A DNA stretch of 64,000 bases from Nanohaloarchaea archaeon B1-Br10_U2g21 (GCA_001563915.1 LKMP01000002.1:1-64000), one strand, 5' to 3'; positions 37,645 to 47,414 are shown, numbered from the stretch's first letter. Notes: generated from the letters alone by a model not told the origin. Program-made: numbers and translations.

Positions 37645-39093
37645 TTACTGCCATTTCAGTTTGGGATAACTATCTTCCACAGTCCTCCATACGTTTTCAA
37701 AGTCAAATCCCTCCATATTTTCTGCGGCAGCATCTCCTTTCATCTCCTCAGTAGTTAAGCCTTTAGCCGTTGGACTATCTGATCTCGTGCCATCACAATC
37801 CGGGCATAAATCCTCGTTCCAGTAGGAATATTCTGCTCCGCCTCTTCCAATCAGTGCATTTCTTTGCTCTCCCTCTGCACCATCATTAGGAGGGTTTACC
37901 GTAAATGTCCTGTTGACACTACTACCTCTTCCCTGTATACCTCCTGTTTGAACACTTGCACCATCTATTTCTCCCGTATAATAGGAGTCTACTATTGTTG
38001 CTGCCCTCCCCGCTATACCTCCTGATCGACCCCCATTAACCGTAGCTTCAGAGTAAGACTGATTTACGGTGCCGTGACGACCTACAATTCCGGCTGTTCT
38101 TCGGCCTGGACCTTCAGAGTACCCGCTTGTATGCGATTTCAGGATATGCGTTCCTGAACCTGCTCCTAACAATACGCCTACTTTTCTCGACCCTCCAACT
38201 ACTTCTCCATTTGCATAGGTCTTATAGATTAAACTATTTCTTACATCTCCTCCTAGCGCTCCAGTTCGATGATCTCCTATTATTCCAGTATTATTTAGCT
38301 TTAGATATTCTACAGTCATATCGTCGCCGTAACCTACTAACCCCACCCTATCTGTTTCTGGACGCTCTATCGCTAAACCTTCAATAACATTGCTGTTACC
38401 ATTTATAGACGCTCTGAATGGTTCTTCAGGATCTCCTAAAGGATGAAATCCACTTTCCCACGCTTCTGTCTGCTGCGCATCTATTTTTCGTTCTAAACTA
38501 TACTCTCCTTCTTTATCTTCACTCATACACTGCAATTCTGCAAGATTATTTATCTGATATACCTCCTCGTCTTCAACCCACATCTCTTCAATGATTTCAC
38601 CGCAGGCATTTCTTCTATACGGATCGTCCCATAGCTCTCCGTTTTCAGGAATTTCTAAATCCCCAGTTATAGTACCTGATTCAACTAATCCTTCTAAATT
38701 TCCTTGTGTATATTGAACTTCTAGCTCAAATTCTCCCTCTGAGTCAGAGGAAATGTTTGTTAGCCCTAAAACTTCTTCATTTCCTACCCCAACATCAGTG
38801 AAACTATTTAAGACCATTTTCTTTGAATCAGGGTTTGATATTGTTATTTTTTCAACCTCAAGATTTTCTGAACCTCCATTTCTAACCACTAACTCTAAAC
38901 TTTCATCGCCAACATCACTATCAGTTATTATTACATCTCCATCATCAAAACCAGATATTTGAACGCTAGGTCCAAAAATATCGCCTTGAACCACTGAAAA
39001 GATTGCGCCGCCGACCACAGCAACAACTAATAACATCCAGCCATAAGTCATCAAATACTCAATCGCAGACTGACCTGAGAACGTTCCTCTCAT
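37645..39093 (-). CDS. Class III signal peptide (type IV pilin-like) adhesin with GLUG-like domain
   Basis: GQ/SAIEYLMTYGWMLLVVAVVGG prepilin N-terminus, VGLVG/GGIAG glycine repeats, TTEEMKG...GFDFENVW...YPKLKWQ. Confidence 0.85.
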   Translation of the reverse strand: MRGTFSGQSAIEYLMTYGWMLLVVAVVGGAIFSVVQGDIFGPSVQISGFDDGDVIITDSDVGDESLELVVRNGGSENLEVEKITISNPDSKKMVLNSFTDVGVGNEEVLGLTNISSDSEGEFELEVQYTQGNLEGLVESGTITGDLEIPENGELWDDPYRRNACGEIIEEMWVEDEEVYQINNLAELQCMSEDKEGEYSLERKIDAQQTEAWESGFHPLGDPEEPFRASINGNSNVIEGLAIERPETDRVGLVGYGDDMTVEYLKLNNTGIIGDHRTGALGGDVRNSLIYKTYANGEVVGGSRKVGVLLGAGSGTHILKSHTSGYSEGPGRRTAGIVGRHGTVNQSYSEATVNGGRSGGIAGRAATIVDSYYTGEIDGASVQTGGIQGRGSSVNRTFTVNPPNDGAEGEQRNALIGRGGAEYSYWNEDLCPDCDGTRSDSPTAKGLTTEEMKGDAAAENMEGFDFENVWRTVEDSYPKLKWQ

Positions 39094-39147
39094 AATAATA
39101 CTCTTTATTGTGGCATACTAAAACCTTTACTCAGATAAAACAAGAAA

Positions 39148-39568
39148 TTGAGGCAAATACAAATAACAGTCGCGTTCAGACATGAAGCACCATACGATAT
39201 ACTTGCCGAGCAGAATCAGAAGGTCGAGAGCAACGGGACTTCATGGACTGACAGAGAAGAAAGAACCTGGAATAACGTAGTCTTCCCAAAAATTTCTCAG
39301 AGTAAGCTAATTATAGAATGGGAAAAAACTGAAGAGAACGGAAAAATCAATACTATGGTCTCTTCGCAAACCTAACTGGAAAATCAGAACTCTCCACAGC
39401 CTAAGACGCACAAGAATCACAGATCTAGTAGCAGACACAGGCCTAAGTGTGAAAGAAGTCAGACAGAGATCAGGACATCCAATTATAGAAACGATAGACA
39501 GCTACAAAGAGAACAGTGTAGAAAGTCCGAAAAACTCTGGAAAGATACTGTATGGAAGAAAATGTTGA
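39148..39568 (+). pseudogene. Tyrosine recombinase/integrase remnant
   Basis: Start-less frame 39317-39568 encodes HSLRRTRITDL...SGH...TIDSY (HxxR, GH and catalytic Tyr); the upstream part is in another frame. Confidence 0.75.
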
Positions 39569-39625
39569 CTTATTGAGTTTAGTAGAAGGTTAAATCATTG
39601 ATTTTTATGATCTGAATTTTGAAAC

Positions 39626-40440
39626 TCAACTCCAATGTTTTTGAATGTATTCAGTAGCTTCACCTATGCTTAGTGGTTTTGAAGAACTTCCTTGTCTAAC
39701 ATAAAACTCCTCTTTATCTCCAAAGTAAACAGGATCAGAGCTTGATTCTACTGATACAACACAAATAGTCTTGCCTTCGACTTCCTCAAATTCAACCTCT
39801 GTATAAATGGAACCGAACGTATCACCCATTTTATCTGAGATTACCTGGTTAAGCTGCAGCTCGAAATCATCGCGGCCTTTCTTCATTTGTTTAAGATCTC
39901 TTTCAATACCCACAATCTCTTTGTTCTCATCTTTTACCCCAATTATCAGAGTTCCGCCCTCAGAGTTGGCAAAAGCACATATTTCTTTAGCTGCTTTTTC
40001 TTTTAAGGCCTTATTAGGCTCTTTCTGATAAACATCCCATAAAAACGTCTCCTTGAATTCTATTTTGAAATTCTCTCCTCTCTGAATCAAATCTCTAACG
40101 TCATAACTCTCTTGTTCGGCTTCAGCATCCAAATTTTCAATGAAACTATTGATAGCTTCTGATAGCATTTCCCTCCGTTTCTGAAGGAACTTTTCGTAGT
40201 TCTTCGTTTTCCATAATTCAGTATTCTTAGGGACAAATTGTTGCTCGAAAGCTTTAGGATGGTCTTCCATTATCTCTGGCATATACTCTGAAGGCGGAGT
40301 ATCGTTAATATTCCAATTCCCTTCCTTAGTTAGAAATGCTCTATTTGCTATTTCATTGACTCTACTCTGATCCGAGCTGTTATTTGTGTTATACCCGTTT
40401 TTATAGAGAAGAGATTTAGGGAAAATGTGGTGAGAGTGTT
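39626..40440 (-). pseudogene. 5'-truncated GmrSD/DUF262-like HNH plus Schlafen AlbA_2 fusion
   Basis: The frame extends upstream of ATG 40282 as HSHHIFPKSLL...VNEIANRAFLT...N. The C-terminus has IEFKET, AFANSEGGTLIIGVKD, FYVRQGSS. Confidence 0.75.
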
Positions 40441-40709
40441 TATTGCTCTGTCATATCTGTGTGGCTTGAGACAAAGAGGTCTGTTCCCCTCATAAACTTC
40501 TTCAGTTCATCATAATCGTCTGTAGCTCCTATAGCCATTCCGTATCTCTCATCTTTGTTTTCTACTTCGTATCTGTCTGTTTCTTCTAGGACTTCGATTG
40601 CTCTGTCGAATGATTCTCTGTCTGCTTCATCCCCTTGCCATTCTTCTGGTTTATACTCAAGTTCTACAGCATGTCTTCCGCTGTAAACTGATTCAACTTC
40701 TTCTGTCAT
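40440..40709 (-). CDS. Hypothetical acidic protein
   Basis: 89-aa ORF with a TATA-like box about 25-30 nt upstream. Confidence 0.65.
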   Translation of the reverse strand: MTEEVESVYSGRHAVELEYKPEEWQGDEADRESFDRAIEVLEETDRYEVENKDERYGMAIGATDDYDELKKFMRGTDLFVSSHTDMTEQ

Positions 40710-40946
40710 AGTATGTTACTGGTAAGTAACAAATATTTATATTTGTTTTGGTCTTTCGATTTTTCTCATCAAGCGCTTTGATGTTCAGAAGCTCATATGA
40801 GCAACACTATCAAAAAATCCTGTTATTAGGACTTGATAAGATAAAATATTGGGTATAGCCCCTTTTTGAGCTTTTGACAATCGTTGCCAAAGCCCATATT
40901 TATGGTGAGACCGAAGGGTTGTTAATGTTAGTTTTAGTAGACAATC

Positions 40947-41220
40947 TTAAGTTTTCTCCTCAAACTGACTTAATTGGTCTTTTATCAGTTCAATTAAGTC
41001 CTCAGTATTCCTGTATTCTCGGATATTGTCAGATACTGCTTTCAAAGAGCCTGAAGGAGTAGAACCTGTTTCATATACGCACAATATTGGAATGTTATAC
41101 GAATCAGCCCAGCCAAGTTCAATACCTTGTCCTGTTGAAGCTTCAGAAACTTCTGCCAAAACAAGATCACACTGATTCTGCAAAAACTCTTTGGAGTTAA
41201 ATGGCTTATCAGAATCTTCC
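40947..41220 (-). pseudogene. 5'-truncated nucleoside 2-deoxyribosyltransferase-like protein
   Basis: EDSDKPFNSKEFLQNQCDLVLAEVSEASTGQGIELGWA; no start codon upstream and the N-terminal strand is missing. Confidence 0.65.
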
Positions 41221-41256
41221 TTATTAGAAAAATAATAAGAGAAAATATGTGTTTCT

Positions 41257-41697
41257 TTAGCCTAAAGTCCTTCTGATCTCTGCAACAGTTTCAACTGCCT
41301 CTACTGTATCTTCCAGTAGGTCAACTGTTTCTTTCGGCGATTCCTGAGGCTCAAAGCCAGCCATTAATAATCCGCTTGAATACTCGTTACTGTAAACATC
41401 GCAACTCACTTCTTCACTTTTAAGATGATTGATTGCCGAATAGACTGCTTCGGGGTTAAGATCATCAAGCTCTGTATTAGAACCAGAGGGTTCTCCTTCA
41501 GGAATGTTGACCGATAGCTCTTTTAGATTTTCTGCATCATCGTAACTCAAGGATGCGTTTGTAGAATCTTTCTCGTACTGGAAATATAATCCTTCACTAC
41601 TATGTTCGTCGAAGCTATATCCTCTTTCTTCTAACATAGCTTCGGCAGCATCTCCTTGTGGATCGGAAGGACGACAGCTCTTATCTTTTGTCATCAT
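41257..41697 (-). CDS. Hypothetical acidic protein
   Basis: 146-aa ORF with TTTAAA upstream. Confidence 0.65.
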   Translation of the reverse strand: MMTKDKSCRPSDPQGDAAEAMLEERGYSFDEHSSEGLYFQYEKDSTNASLSYDDAENLKELSVNIPEGEPSGSNTELDDLNPEAVYSAINHLKSEEVSCDVYSNEYSSGLLMAGFEPQESPKETVDLLEDTVEAVETVAEIRRTLG

Positions 41698-41828
41698 ACA
41701 GTAACAATAGTTTGTAAGGTTTAAAAAAGTATTGCCTTATTCTTGCAAATACCGAGTTCAAATCTCATAAGAGCAATATTAGTTCAATAACCTGTTATCA
41801 AAACCTGATAAACTAAAATATTTGGTTT

Positions 41829-41916
41829 AGCCCCGAGTGGGATTTGAACCCACGACCTGCTCCTATCTTGCTCATTGTTACAAGGGAGCTGCTCTGGCCA
41901 GCTGAGCTATCGAGGC
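41829..41916 (-). tRNA. tRNA-Thr(TGT) with 14-nt intron (41865-41878)
   Basis: GCCTCGA/TCGGGGC acceptor, GCTCC/GGAGC stem, intron at 37/38 with a CTTG/CAAG BHB central helix. Confidence 0.93.
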
Positions 41917-41974
41917 CTCTGTGTTAGAGAGATAAGGAAATTTTTATATGCAGCATAGTAGTTTGCACCGTTTT

Positions 41975-42283
41975 TTAGACATCTACGTTGTCTGGTGTTT
42001 CTTTGATTTCTTTTTCTGCTTTGTCTTTGATACGGTAGATGTTACTTGATCTATCGCAGTTTGGACAACTAATCCACCACGGCCTAGACCCCAGTTCTTC
42101 TTCATCTTTGAACTCATGGCCACAGTATGGGCATTTGATGACATACATGAACATTTCCATGTCATAGCTTGCTACTTTGGCGAAGCCTGTACTCTCTCCT
42201 TCATCGTTTTCTAGTTCTCTGTTGGTTGCGTATTCAATCTTGTCATAGTCTAGATCAAGGGTTACACTGGGTTCTTCTGCCAT
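41975..42283 (-). CDS. Zinc-ribbon protein
   Basis: CPYCG and CPNC pairs. Confidence 0.75.
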   Translation of the reverse strand: MAEEPSVTLDLDYDKIEYATNRELENDEGESTGFAKVASYDMEMFMYVIKCPYCGHEFKDEEELGSRPWWISCPNCDRSSNIYRIKDKAEKEIKETPDNVDV

Positions 42284-42347
42284 CGTTTATACCACAAGAC
42301 TTGAATGGTACTGCAGCTTTTTTAACTATTGTATAAGCTTAGACTGT

Positions 42348-42818
42348 TTATCTGAAGACCTGTCTATAAACAACATCTACTTCGTTTTCATCGATTTCTA
42401 TGCCGATTTTTTGGTAGCCATCTACATTGACTGATTTGTCAATTTCAAAGACATCACTAGGTTCTGAAACTTCTTTAATTGACGGATTGTATTTTCTTAG
42501 TAGCTTAAGATCCCATTCGCGGCTTGAATTAATGACAACTAAGTCATAGCCTGAAGCAGTTGCTAGGAATGCCTTTGCTACATCCTCTCGTGTTTCCATT
42601 TTGATGTATGCTTTTTCATCAACTGGACTTCCACCCATTCCTTTCTTTGTTTCTTCATCTAATCTGTATTCTTTGATACCCGGAACTTTTTTGAGAAATT
42701 CTAAATCTTCTGTTTCAATTTGGATTCTGTTTCCCTCACGTTCTATTTCTTTGACTCTAGGCCTCAGATTTTTTTCTAATGCTTCAGGTTTTTCGGTAGG
42801 AATTACTTCTATTTTCAT
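42348..42818 (-). CDS. Hypothetical protein
   Basis: 156-aa ORF with normal composition. Confidence 0.7.
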   Translation of the reverse strand: MKIEVIPTEKPEALEKNLRPRVKEIEREGNRIQIETEDLEFLKKVPGIKEYRLDEETKKGMGGSPVDEKAYIKMETREDVAKAFLATASGYDLVVINSSREWDLKLLRKYNPSIKEVSEPSDVFEIDKSVNVDGYQKIGIEIDENEVDVVYRQVFR

Positions 42819-42872
42819 AGAGAGTTTTTACCGGTGAAGGTTTTTATTTAGAGTTCCATATATTGTATCTAT

Positions 42873-43154
42873 ATGGGCATTTTCGGCGAGGAGAACAATA
42901 AAAGTCAAAATAGCAATGACAGTGAGGAAGTGAAGATTTCTGCTCCTGAACCTGAAGACGAACCTTCTGATTTAAAGAAGGCTGTAGAGTCTAAATTTAG
43001 CTCTAGTCCTTCTAGAAAAAGCAGTATGAATAGTAGCGTTTCAGTAGATGACTTATATGAGCAGAACGAGAGGATAATTGAGTTATTAGAGACTATAGCT
43101 GACGATGACATAAATGATACCGGCCCTGGAGGCGGTTTGAATGGGGTACTATGA
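42873..43154 (+). CDS. Low-complexity acidic protein with C-terminal EQNERIIELLE helix
   Basis: ORF track; motif shared with the next gene. Confidence 0.7.
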   Translation: MGIFGEENNKSQNSNDSEEVKISAPEPEDEPSDLKKAVESKFSSSPSRKSSMNSSVSVDDLYEQNERIIELLETIADDDINDTGPGGGLNGVL

Positions 43155-43458
43155 TAACGTGAAGAACTCTGTACGTGATAAAGGCGGAAGTAGAAGTAAT
43201 GGTTTCAAGAAGCTGCGTGAAGAAGCTGAGAAGGAAACTGATGAAGAAGAACAAGATGATACTCCTATAGAAGTCTTGGAAGAAGGCTTGAAAGAACGAC
43301 CTTTTGAGCAAAAAAAGTCTCCTAGAAATACGGATAGTTCTGAAGACTCCGAGGTTTCAAGTTCTGCTGAAACTGAGTCTGAAGTGCTTGAAAAACTGGA
43401 TAAGCTTATTGAGCAGAATGATCGTATAATTAAAGTGCTTGAGAGTTTTGGAAATTAG
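43141..43458 (+). CDS. Low-complexity acidic protein with C-terminal EQNDRIIKVLE helix
   Basis: Overlaps the previous gene by 14 nt and shares its motif. Confidence 0.7.
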   Translation: MGYYDNVKNSVRDKGGSRSNGFKKLREEAEKETDEEEQDDTPIEVLEEGLKERPFEQKKSPRNTDSSEDSEVSSSAETESEVLEKLDKLIEQNDRIIKVLESFGN

Positions 43459-43470
43459 GTTGAAATAATA

Positions 43471-43941
43471 CTATATTTCTTTTACCATCCTTTTTTGTTC
43501 AGCCTGAAATCCTTTTTTCTTGTATAATTGTTCTGCACTCGTATTCCTAACATTTACGTTTAGCTCTATGGTTTCACATCCTCTTTCACGAGCTTCTATC
43601 ACAGTTTTATCAAGTAATTCTGATGCTAGACCATTTCTTCTATAACTTTCTTTGATATATAACTCGTTTATCTTTGCATAACGTTCTTTTTGAAATACTG
43701 GCGCCGCCTGTCTAATTGCCATAGTTATGAACCCTACAGGATCTTCATCATTTTCTACTATCAATGTAAATGATTCATCATCCAGTATTTTCTCTTCTCT
43801 GTAAATTATACAGTCTCTTATATTCAATTCTTCGGAAAGAGCATTATCTGAAGAAACTCCTTCCATTTCCTTGGCTAAAGGCAACCACAATTCATGAGTA
43901 ATGAATTCTGCATCTGATGGCTTCGCTGCTCTAATCTCCAT
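43471..43941 (-). CDS. GNAT family N-acetyltransferase
   Basis: LYIKESYRRNGLASELL and NTSAEQLYKKKGF. Confidence 0.9.
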   Translation of the reverse strand: MEIRAAKPSDAEFITHELWLPLAKEMEGVSSDNALSEELNIRDCIIYREEKILDDESFTLIVENDEDPVGFITMAIRQAAPVFQKERYAKINELYIKESYRRNGLASELLDKTVIEARERGCETIELNVNVRNTSAEQLYKKKGFQAEQKRMVKEI

Positions 43942-43957
43942 AAGGCAAAAATGAACC

Positions 43958-44233
43958 CTATACTATCTCTACAGTTATTTTTTCTCGGCCCTGAGTAGTT
44001 GTCTCTACGCTCTCTTTGAGCTCGATTTCAAGCCCCATCTTCTTGAACTCATCTGTTTGTAAAAATTCTAGCTCAAGTCTGTTGTCTTCAGTAGGTTCTA
44101 TGTCGACTTCTTCTTTTCCTCTAAAGCTGAGGCCTACTTCGCCTTCCCTAATCTTATCAGCAAAGTTTTCAAGGAAGTTGGCCAGTTCATTATTTGAAAA
44201 TTGGAAGTCTAGTTCCAGTTCTTTGCTTGACAT
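43958..44233 (-). CDS. Amphi-Trp domain-like protein
   Basis: ELANFLENFADKIREGEV...LELE...LEIEL pattern; the terminal Trp is absent. Confidence 0.6.
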   Translation of the reverse strand: MSSKELELDFQFSNNELANFLENFADKIREGEVGLSFRGKEEVDIEPTEDNRLELEFLQTDEFKKMGLEIELKESVETTTQGREKITVEIV

Positions 44234-44287
44234 AATTAACTAGTTAAGGGTGAATAGTTTTATTTGTAAGGCCTTTTTTTGCGTTAA

Positions 44288-44557
44288 TTATTCAGCCATT
44301 AGTTTCTTTGATAGGAAGTGATCTTTTTCTTCAAGTTCACGAATAGCTTCTACTGCAAATAAGTAGGCAACGCCTATCATAAGCATTCCTAGTAGACCTG
44401 GCCCTATATCCACCATTTCTCTTACTGAATAGATTACTGAGAATACCATTAGCATTCCGAGTATGAAAAGCGTGAATGAAATTCCTATCTCTGCATTTGT
44501 AGAAAGTTTTGGAAGTCCAAAGATATCTTTTTCATCCACTTTTTCGGTATCTGCCAT
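44288..44557 (-). CDS. Small two-TM membrane protein
   Basis: Two hydrophobic helices, downstream of oapC. Confidence 0.7.
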   Translation of the reverse strand: MADTEKVDEKDIFGLPKLSTNAEIGISFTLFILGMLMVFSVIYSVREMVDIGPGLLGMLMIGVAYLFAVEAIRELEEKDHFLSKKLMAE

Positions 44558-44615
44558 TTTTTGTAATCCTCTTAAACCTAAATTTACCGAGACCGGATTT
44601 AAATGTTTCCAGAGT

Positions 44616-44999
44616 TTATTTCAGGTCTTGTATGTTTATGTCTCTACTGTCAGGCGAAAAAGCCGATGGTAGATGAATATGATATACTCCTTCAGACTTC
44701 TGGATTACTAGAGGCATTTCTTCTAGCAATCGCGTGACATTGATGTTATACACTCCTTCTTCTTCTACACTAATCGAGTCGATGTCGAACTCAAACCTAA
44801 TATTTGCTCTTGTAGCCTCTCCTTCAGCTACCATTTCTTCAATATCGTCTGCAACCTTTTCTCGTTCTTGTTCTAGTTCTTTCTCTGAGAGTTCTTCGGC
44901 TTCATACATAAAAAGCGATGATCCGCACTCACATCCGTCTATAATCTGGTCTGAGTTGTCTTCATAGACTTCTCCGCAGTTCATGCATCTGTGGGGCAT
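44616..44999 (-). CDS. oapC: OapC (DUF2072) zinc-ribbon protein
   Basis: MPHRCMNCG..Y.D...IIDGCECGSSLF and SISVEEEGVYNIN. Confidence 0.85.
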   Translation of the reverse strand: MPHRCMNCGEVYEDNSDQIIDGCECGSSLFMYEAEELSEKELEQEREKVADDIEEMVAEGEATRANIRFEFDIDSISVEEEGVYNINVTRLLEEMPLVIQKSEGVYHIHLPSAFSPDSRDINIQDLK

Positions 45000-45053
45000 T
45001 TAAAATCCGCCTCTGCGAGTATTTGGTATAGATAAGTCTAGATTTTTGTACAT

Positions 45054-45440
45054 TTATTCTACCTCATCAAGTTTTGCGAGGAACGAGACTGAATCTCTTT
45101 CCTCTTTAATTTTTTCCATTACTCTGGAGTTTCCCACAATTGTGAGACCATCACGGTACTCTTCATTCAGTATTTTATCATAGAAAAGCGATTTTACCTT
45201 GTTTATCCGAGTTGAAGAACTATCTAAGCCTAAGAATTCTACTCCTGGAAAATCGTCATCAATTTCTTCCATAGAGTTCTGTATAAGCATTCTTTTTTCT
45301 TCAGGAGTCCATCCTTCTTCCAATACTAGCACGGCATTATCCTTTACTTTTTCCAGTACTGTTTCCAGTTTTTCTTCAAAGTTCCCCCCGCTTAATTTAT
45401 CTCTGGACAAGAACTCAATTGTGACTCCATCATCAGTCAT
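45054..45440 (-). CDS. oapB: OapB (DUF2073) protein
   Basis: VLVLEEGWTPEE..LIQNSMEEIDDDFPGVE and GLTIVG. Confidence 0.85.
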   Translation of the reverse strand: MTDDGVTIEFLSRDKLSGGNFEEKLETVLEKVKDNAVLVLEEGWTPEEKRMLIQNSMEEIDDDFPGVEFLGLDSSSTRINKVKSLFYDKILNEEYRDGLTIVGNSRVMEKIKEERDSVSFLAKLDEVE

Positions 45441-46069
45441 TATCCTAACCTTTCGATTATTTCCTCATAAAGCTTGTCGATGTTTTTACCCTCCTTTGCC
45501 GAAATTTCCAGTACAGGATGCTGAGGGAACGCGTCTCTCACTCTTGAAGGATCTGAATCTTCCAAATCAACTTTGTTCGCTAACACAAGTATTGGAATAT
45601 CTTTAGCCTCTAGATTTCCAATAATTGTTACGTTGACCTGTGTATAAGGGTCTTCAGTAGAATCAAATATAACCAGGCACGCATCTACATCATCGAGATA
45701 TTTTATAGCTTCTACAATCCCTTTTGTGGCTTCTTTAGCTCGACCTTTAGCTTCATCCTCATCCACACCATGTTCTGTGAAATCCTTAAAATCCACGTTA
45801 GTAGATATTCCAGGCATGTCAAGGAGATTCAAGTCCAAGGTACGGCCATCATCAGATTCAATAGTAACTTTTTCCTTTTTTTCAACTACACGAGTTTCAT
45901 GAGGTACTTCTGACACATTACTCATATCTTCCCCAGTAAGATCATTAGAAATATGATTCGCGAGAGTAGATTTTCCTGCATTAGGAGGTCCGTATATCCC
46001 TATACTAATATCCTCTTTTTCCGACTCGCTGAAAAGACTGTTGAAAAACTGTTTCAGGCGATTAATCAT
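45440..46069 (-). CDS. oapA: OapA Era-like GTPase
   Basis: GPPNAGKST, PHETR, DMPG, EATKGIVEAIKYL, DPYTQVN, NKVD, ISA. Confidence 0.88.
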   Translation of the reverse strand: MINRLKQFFNSLFSESEKEDISIGIYGPPNAGKSTLANHISNDLTGEDMSNVSEVPHETRVVEKKEKVTIESDDGRTLDLNLLDMPGISTNVDFKDFTEHGVDEDEAKGRAKEATKGIVEAIKYLDDVDACLVIFDSTEDPYTQVNVTIIGNLEAKDIPILVLANKVDLEDSDPSRVRDAFPQHPVLEISAKEGKNIDKLYEEIIERLG

Positions 46070-46170
46070 TTTGACACCGCGTAATGATAACTCCGAAGGC
46101 CAAGTATAAAAACTATGCGCATTTCAAAGCCCTCCGATATTAAAACTTGGGGTCAGCACACTTTTCGTAT

Positions 46171-46605
46171 ATGCCTGAGGAAAAAGGAGTGATAGTAGCA
46201 GTATTCGACGAAAAAGACCGCGTCGCCGTCCTCAAACGTAAAAAGAACTGGGAAGGATGGGAGCTAGTTAAAGGACATCTTGAAGAAAACTATGAAGAAA
46301 CAGTAATCCAAGAGATAAAAGAAGAAGCAGGCCTCAATTCCGAACTGATTGACTCTATAAAGGACTTACAATATACAGCAGAGTGGAGTTACAAAGATGA
46401 TGGAGATGAAATACTGCGAAAGTATAAAGCTTATGCAGTGAAAGTCTCAGGAACACCTGTCATCCGCACTTCCAACAACCCTTCCGATGAACATGAACAT
46501 GGCTTCTTCCTAAATCCTCGTGATGTCAAAGAGATGGTTGAATATGACAATAACCGGAAGATAATTGAAAAAGCCTGTAAAGAATTAGGCATAGATTCAA
46601 ATTAG
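46171..46605 (+). CDS. NUDIX hydrolase
   Basis: WELVKGHLEENYEETVIQEIKEEAGL. ATG at 46171. Confidence 0.75.
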   Translation: MPEEKGVIVAVFDEKDRVAVLKRKKNWEGWELVKGHLEENYEETVIQEIKEEAGLNSELIDSIKDLQYTAEWSYKDDGDEILRKYKAYAVKVSGTPVIRTSNNPSDEHEHGFFLNPRDVKEMVEYDNNRKIIEKACKELGIDSN

Positions 46606-46626
46606 CCTCTGAGAAAATTCTTTTCC

Positions 46627-46875
46627 ATGACTAACCCTAAAGAAATGTTGGAAGTTTACCAGTTCGAAGGCTGTCCCTTCTGCAGAAAAGTAAGACAAAA
46701 AATGACAGAGCTAGGACTTGACTTTATAGCTAGACAGGTAGACTCTGAGGACCGTACAAGAGTAGAAAAAGTATCCGGTCAGAGTAACGTACCTGTGCTT
46801 GTAGATCCTAATAATGATACAGTTATGCCTGAATCAGATGATATAGTAGAATATTTGGAAGAGCATTACAGTTAA
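46627..46875 (+). CDS. Glutaredoxin / GST N-terminal domain protein
   Basis: YQFEGCPFC, VSGQSNVPVLVD, MPESDDIVEYL. Confidence 0.9.
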   Translation: MTNPKEMLEVYQFEGCPFCRKVRQKMTELGLDFIARQVDSEDRTRVEKVSGQSNVPVLVDPNNDTVMPESDDIVEYLEEHYS

Positions 46876-47414
46876 ACTACACCCATATTGAAGAGATCAA
46901 TGACTGGTTCAAATTCTTCATCAATACTATAGATCTCAGACTGTGTTACTGTAACACCTTCACATATTATTTTTCCAGTTTCTTTCATACTTCCAAGTCT
47001 ACCAGGCTCTGATACTGCTTCAACAAGTTCTCCCCATAAAAAAGCACCAGTAGTATTCTCCCAAATCTCCTTTAACGTCTTCAACTCACCGCAAGGCTCA
47101 ATATAGGCCTCTGTATCCACCCTATATCCAAGCTTCTCGAAATAGCACGCATTTTGAACTGCTTTATCAACATTACTACTGTAAGCTGTTAAAAGATTCT
47201 CAACATCCAGACTTTCCCGATAACTTACCTCCACTACTTTCAAATCTCTAGCATTATTAGGACTAGACAGTAAAAGTCCCACTTGGCCTTCAACCTCATG
47301 CTGAGGCACTTCTCCCTCTAAAATCCCGGGATAACTTTCTTCTATCCCAAGCACCTCATAACCTTGCTGTTCATACTCTTCAGCGAGCTTTTCCAATTTT
47401 TCATATCTGCGCAC
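46872..47414 (-). CDS. Hypothetical protein
   Basis: 180-aa acidic ORF with GTG start. Confidence 0.65.
   Translation of the reverse strand: MRRYEKLEKLAEEYEQQGYEVLGIEESYPGILEGEVPQHEVEGQVGLLLSSPNNARDLKVVEVSYRESLDVENLLTAYSSNVDKAVQNACYFEKLGYRVDTEAYIEPCGELKTLKEIWENTTGAFLWGELVEAVSEPGRLGSMKETGKIICEGVTVTQSEIYSIDEEFEPVIDLFNMGVV

Larger units (their letters stand above)
39148..41828. mobile_element. Decayed integrative island 3' of tRNA-Thr
   Basis: Integrase remnant, two 5'-truncated accessory genes and orphan ORFs adjacent to the tRNA 3' end. No att repeat found, so borders are approximate. Confidence 0.55.

Noticed and set aside
40856-40862. TAGCCCC matching the tRNA-Thr 3' end as an att site
   Set aside because: Only 7 bp, which is expected by chance.
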